DNA from: Balanoglossus misakiensis
Taxonomy: Eukaryota > Animalia > Hemichordata
Assembly (NCBI GenBank): GCA_040954595.2
Contig: CM082592.2
Span: 5,488,209-5,552,208, forward strand
Length of the DNA stretch: 64,000 bases
Direction: 5' to 3'
Position 1 is the first letter of the stretch, and each line of letters begins with the position of its first letter. Below are positions 21,667 to 34,900 of the stretch, one piece after another. Under the pieces are notes generated by a model, which saw nothing but the letters and a program-made list of their open reading frames with translations, was not told where the DNA came from and ran no database searches. A program made the translations under genes and the position numbers.

Positions 21667-24170
21667 TCAAATCATGGCGTTCACCATAGCGACCAGGCAG
21701 CTGATCACAAGTCCAACGCCGACGCGATTGGCCGAAGCTGACGAAACGCCTGCGGCGTCGCTGCGATACACAGTGCGCGATGTGATTGGCTGCGGGGGAC
21801 GGAAGTTGTCAACCATTGGTTGGACTGGGCTCTCGCCTGGTGACGTCATGTTCAACGCTCTCAACTTCTCCAGCTGTAAACAAAAACAGCCAGAAATTCG
21901 ATTAACACAGACTGTAAAAGAATGATAACAAACAATGGAAGAAAATGTAAGTTTGGAATTTATGAGGAATTTAATATAAAGCGGCGGTTGGGCGAACTTG
22001 GTAAAACACATTGAATGAGGTCATTCTTACCTGAGTTTCAGAAAGTTGCACAATATCCTTAAAAACCGTCCAGATGAACGGTGCAATGCAATCTGGGCTC
22101 GTTTTGGAACCGTTGTAACGGTAATACATCGATACGTCATCGGGTAACAACGGCATTAGAGGAACGGGTTGGCCGAGATCAACAGTGTCGCCTGTATCGT
22201 AACAATACAACACATAAAAACAAACAAATCTATGTCATTTCTAAAAGAAATCGGAAGTAAATGAATAAATAAAGAAAATGGGATGTTTTCTAGTCAATAC
22301 CAAACACCATAATAATATCATGACACGTACGTACCTTTGTAGCCCGCTTCGTTGACATAATCCAGAAACTTATCATAGGCTGGATTGTTTTGTGGTCCAA
22401 CCTGTGAACGAATAACACAATTTGTAATTATTTATAATTATTGATACAAATGATTATGGGGTATTGATGATAATAACCGATCTTATTGACCTCCAACCAC
22501 GTCACCTTTCTCAGAAAACAAAATAAATCGCTACCAAAATCCATACCTGTATAAAAACAGCAAAAACTGCAGCGCGATTCTCGCTGTTGGGGTCCATATT
22601 TCGCGATGCGAAGTGGATCTGTAGGGGGGGATTATAACGGTTATGATTTTATCAAGATATTGTTTGCGCGTTTGGTTAACATTACTTCTAGTGATCTGTC
22701 CAGACTGACATAAATTAGTCGTGGAAGATATGGCAAATGTAAGTGATTACATCAGATTTTAGCAAAAACAGCAAGTGTGTGAGTCCACTCTGATGTAAGT
22801 GAATTAGTACCCGTTCCACAAGATTTTACCTCAGCACTCATTGCCTGTCCATTCAGCGTGTGTTCAGACCCCCTGCTACTGTCGCTACCCCAGTGAAGAT
22901 GAAAGTGGTCAACTTTGAAGTTGCCGGGTAAACCTCCGCCGGATATGACGCAATTGGCACCATCATTCCGCACTAGAACTTGAGGGACAACAAAAGGGAA
23001 AGTAATGATAAGAAACCTTGTTCACGTTTTGACAAGAACCTATCGGCTATCGTCTCATATATCTGCACAAAAGAAAAACTCGTACATGTATACTTACTCG
23101 TATGTCCTATATTAGTGATCGAGGCACTGTAACCACCATTTATAAAATCTTGCTCCGTACAATTAGCAAATGTAATTTCTCCCAAATTCATCGGCTTGGT
23201 TTCATTTTCAGCGATGTCAATGGGTGACTGGTTTGGCCGACCACACATGGGGTAGTTGTTCACCCAATGTTCAGGTCCTAAAAAAGACAAACACACAAAC
23301 AAGTTACAGGCTAAAATATAGACATTTTATTCACAATGCATGAATTTTGGATATCTTCAAAATACTGAATTTACGGAAACAATATGATATGAGGTATCAT
23401 CAAACTTACCGTTTGCACCTGAATAACTCCAATCCGCTGAAAAATAAACATAAAATAAAAAATGAGCTATAAAATATTTCGGTCTGCCAAGAAAATTGTC
23501 AAGTGTGGTGAGTGGACTTCTCAGCAGTATAGACACCTGTTGATTCATCCACAGGCCCTAGGGTGAAATTATTGAATAGAATTAATATTAAATATTGAAG
23601 ATATAGATGTACATTATCATTAATGTAGAATTTTAGTTCCAAAGTATGGTACGTGCACGCTGACAATATGAATAGTTTTGATTTACACTGTGAAATTCAA
23701 CCCTACCATCAGATGTTCCGATGACGTAACTCGCATATATAAGCTTTGTATATCCGTGCACTGATATGAGTCGTTTGGTATATGGACTCCGTTTCGGACA
23801 CGGACAATGGTGAATATTTTTCTCAAGTGTTTGTCTGTGATTTTGGAAATTATATTTACAAGAAACTCGTGTCTTGCGTACTTAAATTTGATGGTAGTAT
23901 CGGGGTGCCAACTCTTATAGGGTAAAGGCAGTGTCGGGCCCATTGTGCTTATCGAAGGGTAGGGTAGGCCTAGGGTCATCGACCTATACAAGCTATTTCA
24001 CTTTCTCGTCATATTCTGGAGAAGCGCTGATTTGCCACAGCAGAATTACAGTCCCTTTACACATTGTGGCAAAGTAAATATGATATTCATAGTTAATGTA
24101 AAAATCTCTTACCGTCAGCGCCAAGCGATGACGCGGTCAGTAACAGTATTGCTGCAAGGACGGACAGCAT
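21667..24170 (-). CDS. Alpha-carbonic anhydrase B, probably GPI-anchored (about 306 aa, 8 exons)
   Basis: Exons 24170-24113, 23436-23410, 23277-23098, 22978-22830, 22618-22547, 22401-22335, 22191-22031, 21873-21667 total 921 nt in frame, with the same intron phases as CA-A. Signal peptide MLSVLAAILLLTASSLGA; motifs GPEHW, NQSPIDI, HFHLHWG, GSEH, AEIHF, NFRPPQP. C-terminus SDAAGVSSASANRVGVGLVISCLVAMVNAMI has small residues, a spacer and a hydrophobic tail, as in GPI signals. Confidence 0.92.
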
Positions 24171-25837
24171 TATCGAAGATGTGTGGACAGCGAGATGATG
24201 GGTTGGAAATAGATGGTTGATGTTGCGCCGTGGCAATTTTTTCCCCAATTACAGCCACACCGGGGGTACATTCCTAGGACGAGATACTGGGTATGTTATG
24301 TAGCTGTTCCAGTAATTAAATTAATTTGCCACAACTAATTCGACCTTTGCCAATGCATTCGGATATCACGCTAACCTCTGCCGCTGAATACTGTTGATTT
24401 ATGCGCACGTTTCCGTAATTGTTGCTATAGCAACAACTATTGTCTCTGTATAGCTTTTTGTGCTAATAGACTTCAACAGGCAAGTCATGGTGCTGGTGGA
24501 AACCACTTAATCAACCGAGGTTTGGTTTGGTGTAATGTAATTTATCTTGTAACATTCGATTGTTTATGTGAAATTTTTTGATATATAGGAAAGTGAAACA
24601 ACAAATTTATAAACAATTTCAATATTACCGATCAGCACCTGATAATTTTGTTGAGTCATGGCAGGTAGATTAAATTACTTGGTTGTGACGTTGTAATTTA
24701 ATTTAGAATGCATGGACATTTATAATTTTACTTACGCAACAGTAAATATGAATACCTGGTTTACGCACTGCAGATCGCAATTTCTGATTGTTTTATCGTC
24801 TAGTTTGCATCACATTCCCCCTTGAAGAAAACCTCCATTCCCCCAATCAGTTTTAGAGGCTCCGTCTTAAAACTTAGTTAGGTTTACTTCTGGTGTGGAG
24901 AGGCGAAAAGAGGAGAACGTTTACAGATGGTTTTAATCAGACTAATATTTTACGCAGGTGACAGTTAATCCAAACTGTATCAAAGATGTCGACCCGTTGA
25001 TATCTTCAAACCAATTTTTAAGAATACAGATAGCTCATATTTCACTATTTTGAATTTTCATGTTTCGAGAAGTTCCTACATATTAAGGCGTCTCTCCCCA
25101 CACTCATCCCATGAACTCACGAGTCACTGCGAGCGCCACCAGATGAGAGTTTTGAGCAAACGAAGAGAGAGAGAAGATGTCTTTAAACGACTAACATACC
25201 AATTTAAAGAAAGAAATTGCTAATAGGCCTAAGTCTTATATTGGCAGACACGAAACTGCTTACGGTGCGCTATTTATCTATACGACATATAGCCTACATA
25301 TTGTCAATGTCAAAGCAACTTGGATGGGTAGTCAGAAGTTTGTCCTTTTTTCATATACATGTTGAGAGGCTCAATTGTATCGTGTTTGTTTGAAATACCT
25401 TTTTGGCCAATTAACGTCTTAATTGTGATGGACAGGTAAAGAGTTATTTGGACCTATTTCCTCATACTGGGCCTGAGCTCCTTCGAGTCCCAGATATTAA
25501 ATTGACACGGTGAGAACCAGTGTCGGATAATAAGCGCCCTCCCAGTTATACAGTGTAAATTCTCACATGCCTTCATATCGATATTGTGAAGTGGATTATA
25601 GGTGCGCGGCTACAATTTGCAATGTCCTGACAACTGGTTGAGGGGCGTGTCTATGATTTATATGCCATACGGTGTGCACTTTTTTCTCTTCCCCCCCCCC
25701 CCCCCCCCGTGAAATTCTGTGATTGATTTGATTTCCAGTGTCCATAGTGTCACGGCCAGAGTAATACAGTGGCATTTATACCTAATTTAAAACAATAAAA
25801 AGCGTACTGATGTACATGTACCATGACAACATCTGGA

Positions 25838-25989
25838 CATGCGCAAATCCAGTAAAAATCACGGGTCAAAGGTCACGGAAGCATCACATCGATCGCAGCA
25901 GCGCGAGGGAAAGCACGGAGAGGAGTTTGTTGGATTTCTCTTGTTTTGATCTGAAATAGAAGAAGAACAACGAAACATGTTGCAGAGAT
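25838..25989 (+). promoter_or_regulatory. Probable TPST promoter and first exon
   Basis: CpG-rich patch with ATGCGCA, DR1 GGGTCAaAGGTCA (25863-25875) and ETS-like CGGAAG, followed by a GTGAGT donor at 25990. CpG-poor intron-like DNA follows. Linkage to TPST is inferred. Confidence 0.55.
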
Positions 25990-28900
25990 GTGAGTAGACA
26001 ATGCAGGAGACCTTTCACATTTTCTTTAAGATGCTTAATTTTGATGATAGCAGGGAGTGAAAGCGTCGTACCATTGCGTACTTTCTCCATCTTTCACTAC
26101 ACGAAGTTCCGGATCCGTGGATCGGACCGAACTATCGCTCTCTCGTGCCATGAATGTCATGCTGTAATTAATTGATGACAGCATGTATTTTGCCGAGCTG
26201 CCTAAATACTGTAGTCTGCCATAGTCTCGTTGATCAAAGCGTAGTTTAGTGATGACCGCGGTTCGGTACATGCCGCGGACCTCTGCCGTACAGACTACAG
26301 TGTTTACAGTACACTGTCACTTCTGCAGCTGTCAACATTGTCGTCGAAGTCATGAATGTACTCTTTGTAAACTGTGACTTGCTCCGCTCAGATCAACATC
26401 TAAGTTGTCATTATGATCTACAGCGTTTACTCTCCACAGTATAGGCTGTTGTTGTTATCATTTTCCGTGACGTAATAATTATAGTTCATTGAAATTTACA
26501 ACGGATTTCAGTTCACACTACTTCCTAGTTAGTGGCCTTGCTATGTTTGATATGATAGTATCACACACGAAGTTCAGTAAACATTCTCACCCAGCAGAAT
26601 GATTAAAAAGTGAAAAATTAGACTGAAAAGTCACAACTTTTGATATCCTACCAAAAGATAAAAATGTTATTTTGAAAGTCATGTCCTTATACATTTTCTT
26701 CAACATATTAAGAAGACAAAATTTACGTATGTATTAATTTTACAATATAGGACTCTAGAAAATAATAGTTTGCATATCCTGGTAAACTGTGAATGCCTCT
26801 CAGGTTTCACTGTTCACTGTCTCTCAGCTGTTTACTTCATCATGTGTTAAAAAAAAGGTCCTCAACCATCTTCTTCACACTTCATTAGTTTTTAACTTTG
26901 GCATAACAACGGAAAATGCAAGTAATTGGAAAACAGTGTTGATTGATTTGTCTTTAGGAGGAGCACTATTTGTCTCTGTCTTTTGATGAATGCGAAATTG
27001 CAGTGTACACCAACTAAGAATTCTAGCTGTAATATGACCTTCGTTTGCCCTCCAGAATGAATGATTCCACCCGGAGTGGCTGGATGCACTGCACTGTCAG
27101 GTCTCTCGACCCTCATGAGATAGATACTAGAGCTCCCTGTTGTACTGAGACGTCCCTGCTGATATGTTCCTCATATCCTCACGCTTGTAGTGTGACCTAT
27201 GGTAACCTTGGTTACTGAGCACTCCAAGTTCGCAACTGTGTCCTTTCAGGCTCTGAAATGATGTAAACTGAAACAATCATTTCAATGTCTATTTCAAGAT
27301 GTATATTTATTTGCCTTTCATTTTTAGTGAAAGACTGACTTCCTATGTAACAATATCTGCACCATTCATGTTCTGTTTTTAAGGTCCCCCAAACCTATTT
27401 CATTCAAAGCGAGAGTGTAACTTGATTTAGCAGTCATCATTTCCTCATTCTATTTGTAGCAAATTCTGTGAAATACGATATTTATTTCTTATAGCTGTTT
27501 TTTGATACCTGATTGCTTCGTGGGCAACTTCAAGCAAGCAATTATTTGGCATGCCAATCAGCTATATTTTCACCGCTATGTCAAATGTCAGTGTGTCATA
27601 TCTTCTCAGGGGTGTCGTAAACTTAATCAGTTTAATGGCATAGAGAATATATTTTTGAAAGCATAAAATTTTCTCTCAGCAACTTGTAAGTACACAAAAA
27701 ATGAACATGGCACATTACTTTTAGATACCTTGCCTGCAGCCAGTTAGGTGAATTGTGATGTCCATGTCCAATAATTTTTCCTGTGTACTCAATTTTCGTT
27801 TCTCACCCAGGGGTGAAGAAAATAGATTATCGAAATGTCGCAAATCACCAAACGTGAGAAAACTCAAACTTAAATTGCAACATGACGTCGGTTTTTGCAC
27901 AACAGGGAGTGACGAAAATTGACTTTTCAGAAAACCTTCCATCCCCTGCAGTCATTTTGCACCGTTGATATGGATTCAGTGATGTACGTTGTCACGGCAA
28001 CTGTTATTTCGTGTGTGCATCCCTTTCTGTCTTTCGGAAATTTATTTTGAGGGTGAGTTTTGTCACTGCATTACATGTGTACATGCAAAGCAAAGGATAT
28101 CCCAAAATAGGTTTTGTTAAAAATCAGGATTTTACAGCTAGCGGACGAACTAAACGTAATACTTGGTTGGTTGAAGCCAGTCAAAATAGTTTATTAGCGG
28201 TTGCTCGCTGTGATTTTGAAAGCAGTGTGAAGCGTTTGAACGCTTTCATCACCATGGTTTGGTGAAAATCCATTCCTTTCTGTGGTGAAATTGGACCGCA
28301 ATAAAAGGAAATGAAAAGGTTAAGATATTACAGTCTGTGTATGTCTCTAGACTACCATATCAAACTCCTCTGTATCTGTTTTATTTATTTACTTCTCACC
28401 AAATCAAGGATACCCATTTCTAATGTCCGGATTCATATATAAACAAAGATTAACGATGTAGTAATTTACTAAAAAAATGTGTTCTGTTTGTTTGCTAAAT
28501 GTTACCATAACGATAAAAAAGGGTGATGTGGAGTCAGTTTTATAGGCATTCACACAGGTCTGTCCGTCATGCATGTATAGATCATGTGATCACTCAGTAG
28601 TAAATAATGGAACATGACATGCGGTTTATCACCGCTTAAATATTGCAAATGATAATTAATGGAAGCCGGATTATAGCATGTGTCTGCATGTTTCAGTGTG
28701 GGCGAAAAAGTAATGTCTGCGCCTCATATTCAATCCACGTGCTGCGGTCATAAATAAAAACGTTCCTCACCACTGGATGTTTGGATTCTGTCAGAGACAA
28801 TATGCGAACAGCTGCAAGGTCTTTTTGCATATGGCTTGTGCATGTGTTCAGACTACTGGCAAATATTTGATGTTCTATATTATTATATATTATAAAACTA

Positions 28901-31699
28901 TAAGGGTGGTGTGTGAACATTGGTCCTGTGTAAAATGTGTCGTATAGCTGCCTATAAAAGCTGGTCAGTTTAGATCTAGAAGCAGTCTGTTGGAAATCTG
29001 TATGTTTGTGTGATTGGATACCACTGTTGTACTTTAATATGAATTTTGGAACATTACGAGAATCTTGTGCATCGTGGGTAATCACTACTTATCACTCAAA
29101 TACATGTAGTCTGCATGTAATTGCAATGTCAAAAGGGATACTGGTGCTGGTTGCTGGCCATACCAGGCTAATAGGATACAAATTCAGATTGGACATACAG
29201 ATTGAAGCCTAAAATGACATCTTTGCTGAATTCAGATTTCTAGAGATACATTTTAATGCGATTCACGCAGTCAGCAGTGATGTGTGATTGTACACTACAG
29301 GCATCATCAGGGATTGCAGGCATGTAATAAAAGATCCCTGCGTCAATTTTGCGGTGGATTTGCTTTAATGGTGATAACACAGAGTTTCTGTGATGAAATC
29401 CCAGCCCGACGTGGTGCATGTGTTTGTCATTGACGGCTACATAGTACTATAGTAGACACATGCAGATTATGTTATCAACATTGTTGAGAAATCGCAGAAT
29501 GCCTTTTAACACCAGTGGCTGTGGTTTGTGTGGTTTGTGTGGTTTGTAGAGTTGTTGCCATGTTCACGTATCCCTGTGTATTAGACGGGACTGCATAAAA
29601 TAATGATTGATGAAACCTCTAATTAAATGTGATACTTGTATAAAGCTATAACAATGACCTTTCCAGGAATATATGCTCAAACTCATCAATTTTCACGGAT
29701 TTGAAAAATAAAAACAATATGTCGTAGTGTTAAAGTACACTGTACAGTAGAAAAAGAGCAGTGATGTAGAAACTAACCAGAAGCTGACAAAAAAAAAACA
29801 ACAACTGCTGTCAGCAACAAATTACTGACTGGAAAATTATTAGTTCAATGAAAAATCTGTGACATTTGATCTGTACTTTGGTATTTACTGTCTGTTCAGG
29901 CTCAGGTTACATGTATGTATGTTAACGTACTTTTTCATGTGATGTACAGGGGTAAGTGATGGATGTAAAACTTTCCCAGTCATGCATAAGACAACATACA
30001 GCAAAAGCACATGAACTTGTATTTTTTAACAAGCTGTGACACTGTGACCTCGTTTAATCGTACAATGTAGATGAAAATAATCAGCATCATTGGCACTGAA
30101 TTGGCACTATAAATCCGCCAAATTACTTTAATTGGGCAAATATAATTCAATATTGAATGACTACGTGTTAAATTCTAAATTGTACTCCTTCCTGCTACAT
30201 TTATGAAAATACACAAATGTCCAAATTAAGATCATCCACACAGTAGTTCATGTATGACAATGAGCCATACATTCAACAAATGTTAATTTTGCAACTTGAT
30301 TACCATAGTAACAGCCACATCCCTGTTGATTCTTATAAATGCCTTAGGGGGTATTGCATGAAACCGTCAAGACTTTTTCAGAGGCCTATTTCTCATCACA
30401 GACAACGCTAAAACCCCTATAGCTTTTAATTCATTTACACATATCCCATTATCTGTTTTTGTATTCAGGGATAGTTTTAATGACTCCCAGAAATCGAAGA
30501 TCAAATAAATGAAAGGTTTATCTAGTACGTGTACATATTATCACTGTCAACACCATTTACCACGAAATGTCAAAAGTGAACACGTCCATAAAGCTAATGG
30601 AATGAAAATTAGTTTTCCACTCAAGGCCTTTCACTCATCTTCGGCTGATGCGTTTTATCAGCATCACAAGCTCAGTGTATTCCGAGTTCTCCCACATGAC
30701 TTGAGTCAAATCACACCACAGTTCTGTAATTCCTACATGACACTGTAACACCATACCTTGATGACTGAAGTGTTAGCGTCAACTTTTTTATGGTTAAAGG
30801 TTCCGAGAGAGACCCCTAAATATTTCAGACTCCGTTCCCTTCTAGTGTTTGTGTTTTGACAGTTGTCGCGATTCCGAAATGCCATTTTAATCAGCATATT
30901 CCGTTTGATATCTAGTCACCGTGGCGTCTAGGGGTTAGGATGCAAGTCATTGCAAAATATATCACATTTCTACTGGAGAACTGTGCAGATCATTGATAAA
31001 ATAATATCGCGTTTCTGTCAGAGAACTATTTGAAATATTGCAAAATAATATCACATTTCTGCCGGTGGATAATTCTCATGAGACACAGGACAAACAACAT
31101 ACATGTATGGCCCATCGTGTAATACACCACAAAAGTTACAATTTATGTTAGACTCAAGCAGTACACACTTTTAGCAATGACCTATGCAGTATGACAATTT
31201 TTTTCCACATCAGACGACTGGACTCAGGGGGAACCACTCTTTGACATAGCATGATGGGGCGCAGTGCGCGAAACACGCGAGCTGAACGCGATTTGACAGC
31301 AATCGTGGAAAGAAAGCCGCAAGCGTCGCAAATTGCTTGCGTGGCTGGACCGATCTATCCGCGCACATCAGATCAAGTCGATTGCATTGAAGCCCCTGGA
31401 GAGTCACCGACAACATCCGGTGCCATTTCACTTTTCAGCGTACAGTGGCAATCGCAGAAGAAATACGCCGATACAAGTCGATATTCGCTCCGCGCCAGAC
31501 GGTGTATGGCCCCCAGGCACCAGTCGACCACTTGCTTCTTATTTCCGGCAACACCTTAATAGTCACTGCTTCTGTGCCAGTTTAGATAGTTACGATAAAG
31601 TAAAACTACCCCACCACATTAGGGGCTGTCAACCACCTACGCCATTTAACCCCGTGTCTCTAAAACACCGTCACTGTTAACCAAAAAAGAGATCATTAA

Positions 31700-31971
31700 A
31701 GGGACAAAGTCACTCATTTTGACATCATTTTGGTGATTTATAATTCTGCTATTCATGTTCTTCTGCTGACTGAAACCGGCTCAGTTACAACTGTAACTCA
31801 CACCTTGAACAAGGGTATCACGTGAACACTTCCATCATTCAATTTTGGGTCAATACCAGAAATTGTGCTGTTGTAGTGGAATTCACACGTTATGCCCATG
31901 TTTCATTATGGATAAATAAGTACTGAAAGAAACTCAAGCATTAATAAAATGTCAAAAGTGACTTTCCTCCT
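31700..31971. mobile_element. TTAA-flanked MITE (Kolobok/piggyBac-type target)
   Basis: TTAA|AGGGACAAAGTCACTCATTTTGACAT ... ATGTCAAAAGTGACTTTCCTCCT|TTAA; the same left end TTAAAGGGACAAAGTCACTC recurs at 56437. Confidence 0.7.
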
Positions 31972-34900
31972 TTAAACTTCGCAATGTCAAAGTGAAGTGC
32001 TTGGTCACTGTCTGAAACAAGCTGATAATTCTGTGGGGGAAAAAATCAATGAAAGGGTGGCATCAGTTTGAAGAGACGTAGCTGAAGGGGGAGAACCAAC
32101 TGTGAATGGAAATAGAGTGCTGAAAAACAGAATTATCTGCAGGGATTTAGAAAATTGAACTTCACTGGGAAGAAGATGCATTGAAGGTTTCTGTAAGACC
32201 CAATGAGCTGCAACTCTTTGACATTTTGTTGACCCCATATTACTGTCCAATTTTCTCAGATTTAAAAAAAAACTCAACTCATTAAATGATAGCCTTTAAC
32301 CGTGTTAGGAGAAAAAAACATTTGCATCTGGAATGGTTATAAACTTTAAGCAGTTTTTCAGCTCATTTTACATTTCCTGCCATTTCTGAAAACTTGTCAC
32401 ATTACAAAGAATTACACTGCATTTTGAGGTAAAACTGCCTTGGAAACCCAGGCTACATGTATATATCATACCCTTGAGAATTTCATATAATTTGCAAGAA
32501 AATGTCAATGAGTCTGTTTATTCTCTGAGGCATATCTCAAATGGAAAACAGCAAAGGTTATAAAAGCAAAAAAATTTCATCAGTCGTTGCAGTCTGTTGC
32601 AACCTTAAATGCCAGTATTATTATTGGTGAAACCTCCCTGTAGAAATTGTCCAATAATTAAGGGGTGAATTACATGTATTTAATGCCCTAGACTGCGTTT
32701 CATGACATATTGATTCCTCAGGGTAAACCTACGCACACTTTTATCTCCCGATTTATCTGAAATTCCCAATTCTCTGAAATGCCATGATCTGCCACAGCCT
32801 CAGTGCATTGACGCAAATTGGCAATTTTTCAGTCAATTTTGACTGCCATGATTGGGTTGTGCTGGTTGGAAGATGCAAGTTGTAATTTAAGCTGAATTGC
32901 CCCGATAAAACTTTTATGTGTAGATTAGGCTGTTACACTTGTTATGGTGCTGGACAGAGGTAAATTCTAGAACTTGTTTATGGAAATTTCTTTCTCAGTG
33001 AATCATTGATATATTTTATTATTCAAGACTCATCATTAAGGATTAAAGGGACACGTACATCCACAAAGGGGGGGGGGGGGAGCTTAGTTTTTCTAGCATA
33101 TCATTTCTCGTGCCAGGTACGTGTTGTGGTCACTGTGCGAAAATTAACTTAAACAAGGTCACAAGGGTGCTGGTAGAGTTTGATGAGGATGAAAATCAAG
33201 CTTTGCATAGCTTTGCTGTCATTAAATAGGGCCTTCATAAACAGACCATGACTGTGTGTGAGTGACGTATTGAACAAGCCTCTGACAACTTGAAGTTTTG
33301 ACCTTCTGGACAAATTAAACAGTCTGTTTGTTTGATCAGTGTTTACCGGTGTGTGTGATCCTTTCGAATTGGATGAAAGATGAAGGTTGAGACGCTTTGC
33401 CTCAAACACTAAATAGACCCTGCCTTGAATCTGTGTGGATCTACATCCCTCCCCCAAGGGTACATTTATTAACATACCCTCATAGAAGTTCTCGTTCCAT
33501 GATTGACTCCATCAGATACCAGTTTTGTCATATTCGCTTTGAACAACAACTCTCTCTCCTAATTTCGAAAATAAATTCATGATGGTGATGTCAATGAGAA
33601 GAAAAGAATTGCAAAGGAGGTCCTGGATTATATGTCTTTGGATTCACATGTACTGTGCCATGGGCATTCTTGTTTATCTCTCAATGCCAGAGCATTGATT
33701 TCATCATGTACAAATGTATGCGTAGATATGAACTCTTCCTGACAGGGTTAATTGAGTTGGAAATGAGTGTAAACCGAATGACGGATGTTGATCAAGTGGG
33801 ATTGATGTCCATACTCCATCTTAACTGTTTGCCCTCAATTCCCGATGTCCCATAGTCTGATGCCAGATGACATATCCTTGTATTGTACACTTCATGGCTT
33901 TTCAGCTGAGTTGAGCTGTATTTTTGTGGTTCTGGTAGATTAATTTGTTACGAGAAGAGAAACAGGCAGGCAACTGTATTTGTGTAGTCAGATCTCAAAG
34001 AGTTCGTCACAGCCACAGTTCCTGAAAAAAACAGTCCTCTTTCGGAAAGTAGAACAATTTGAAGTAGCAATGGCGTCCAGGAACACTCACTAGTTTATAG
34101 GTCGCACCGTGAAAACTGGGTCTTGTATATTTTCAATGATGAAGATACAAAATACAAGATTTGAGGAGACAGATGAAGAGGTTATTATGTGAACTAAGAG
34201 CGAGTTGTCATGAATAAGTATTACCTGGTTAATGACAACACCCCAACCTTCCTGTTGCTAAGTTACGAGATGAAACTGGGTTAGGTAAAGTAGCAATATG
34301 GCAATCTGTCACTCGTAATTTGAGAAAAAAAGAACATATCACTTCAGATGTCATCAATCAGTCTTTTGAAGAGGAATCAATTTTGTCTGCTCATCCCAAT
34401 CTGTCGTGTTTTATTTTCCGGTTGCTCAGTTCCTATTACTTTCAAAGGTTAAGGTAAATCCATAAGGTCAATTGATGTCGTCGGAGCGTGCAGAATGAGA
34501 TCTGTGGTAGAAGCTGTAAAAAAAAGACTTATAAGTCCACTGTGTGGGTACATACATGTACAGTGTTTATTATTCATGAAATCTTGGCACATAATGATAT
34601 ATCAAAGATTGAAATGCTCAGAAATGTCAGAAATTGAAATAATCTTTATTCTTTCTCGGGTTTTTGAAGGTAAGGTACGTACCATTCTGCATACACACCT
34701 GTGCATTGCAGATTCTGGGCCACTGTAGTGTCTTCTTTGTTTCAATTTTGGTTTGGGTTCATTTTCTGTCTCAAATCTGGTTATAGAATATCAGGGGTCA
34801 AACTGCACACAGGTTGATGTTGGAAAATCTTCTTTTCCTCTGCCTCCTGGGCCCTTTTTTAACCAGTTCGGGTTCAGTGTGTGTTATCCAATTTCATTGT

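Noticed and set aside
26208-26301. ACTGTAGTCTG ... CAGACTACAGT inverted repeat as a miRNA hairpin
   Set aside because: Only about 11 bp of terminal pairing with a poorly paired interior; more likely a small decayed MITE.
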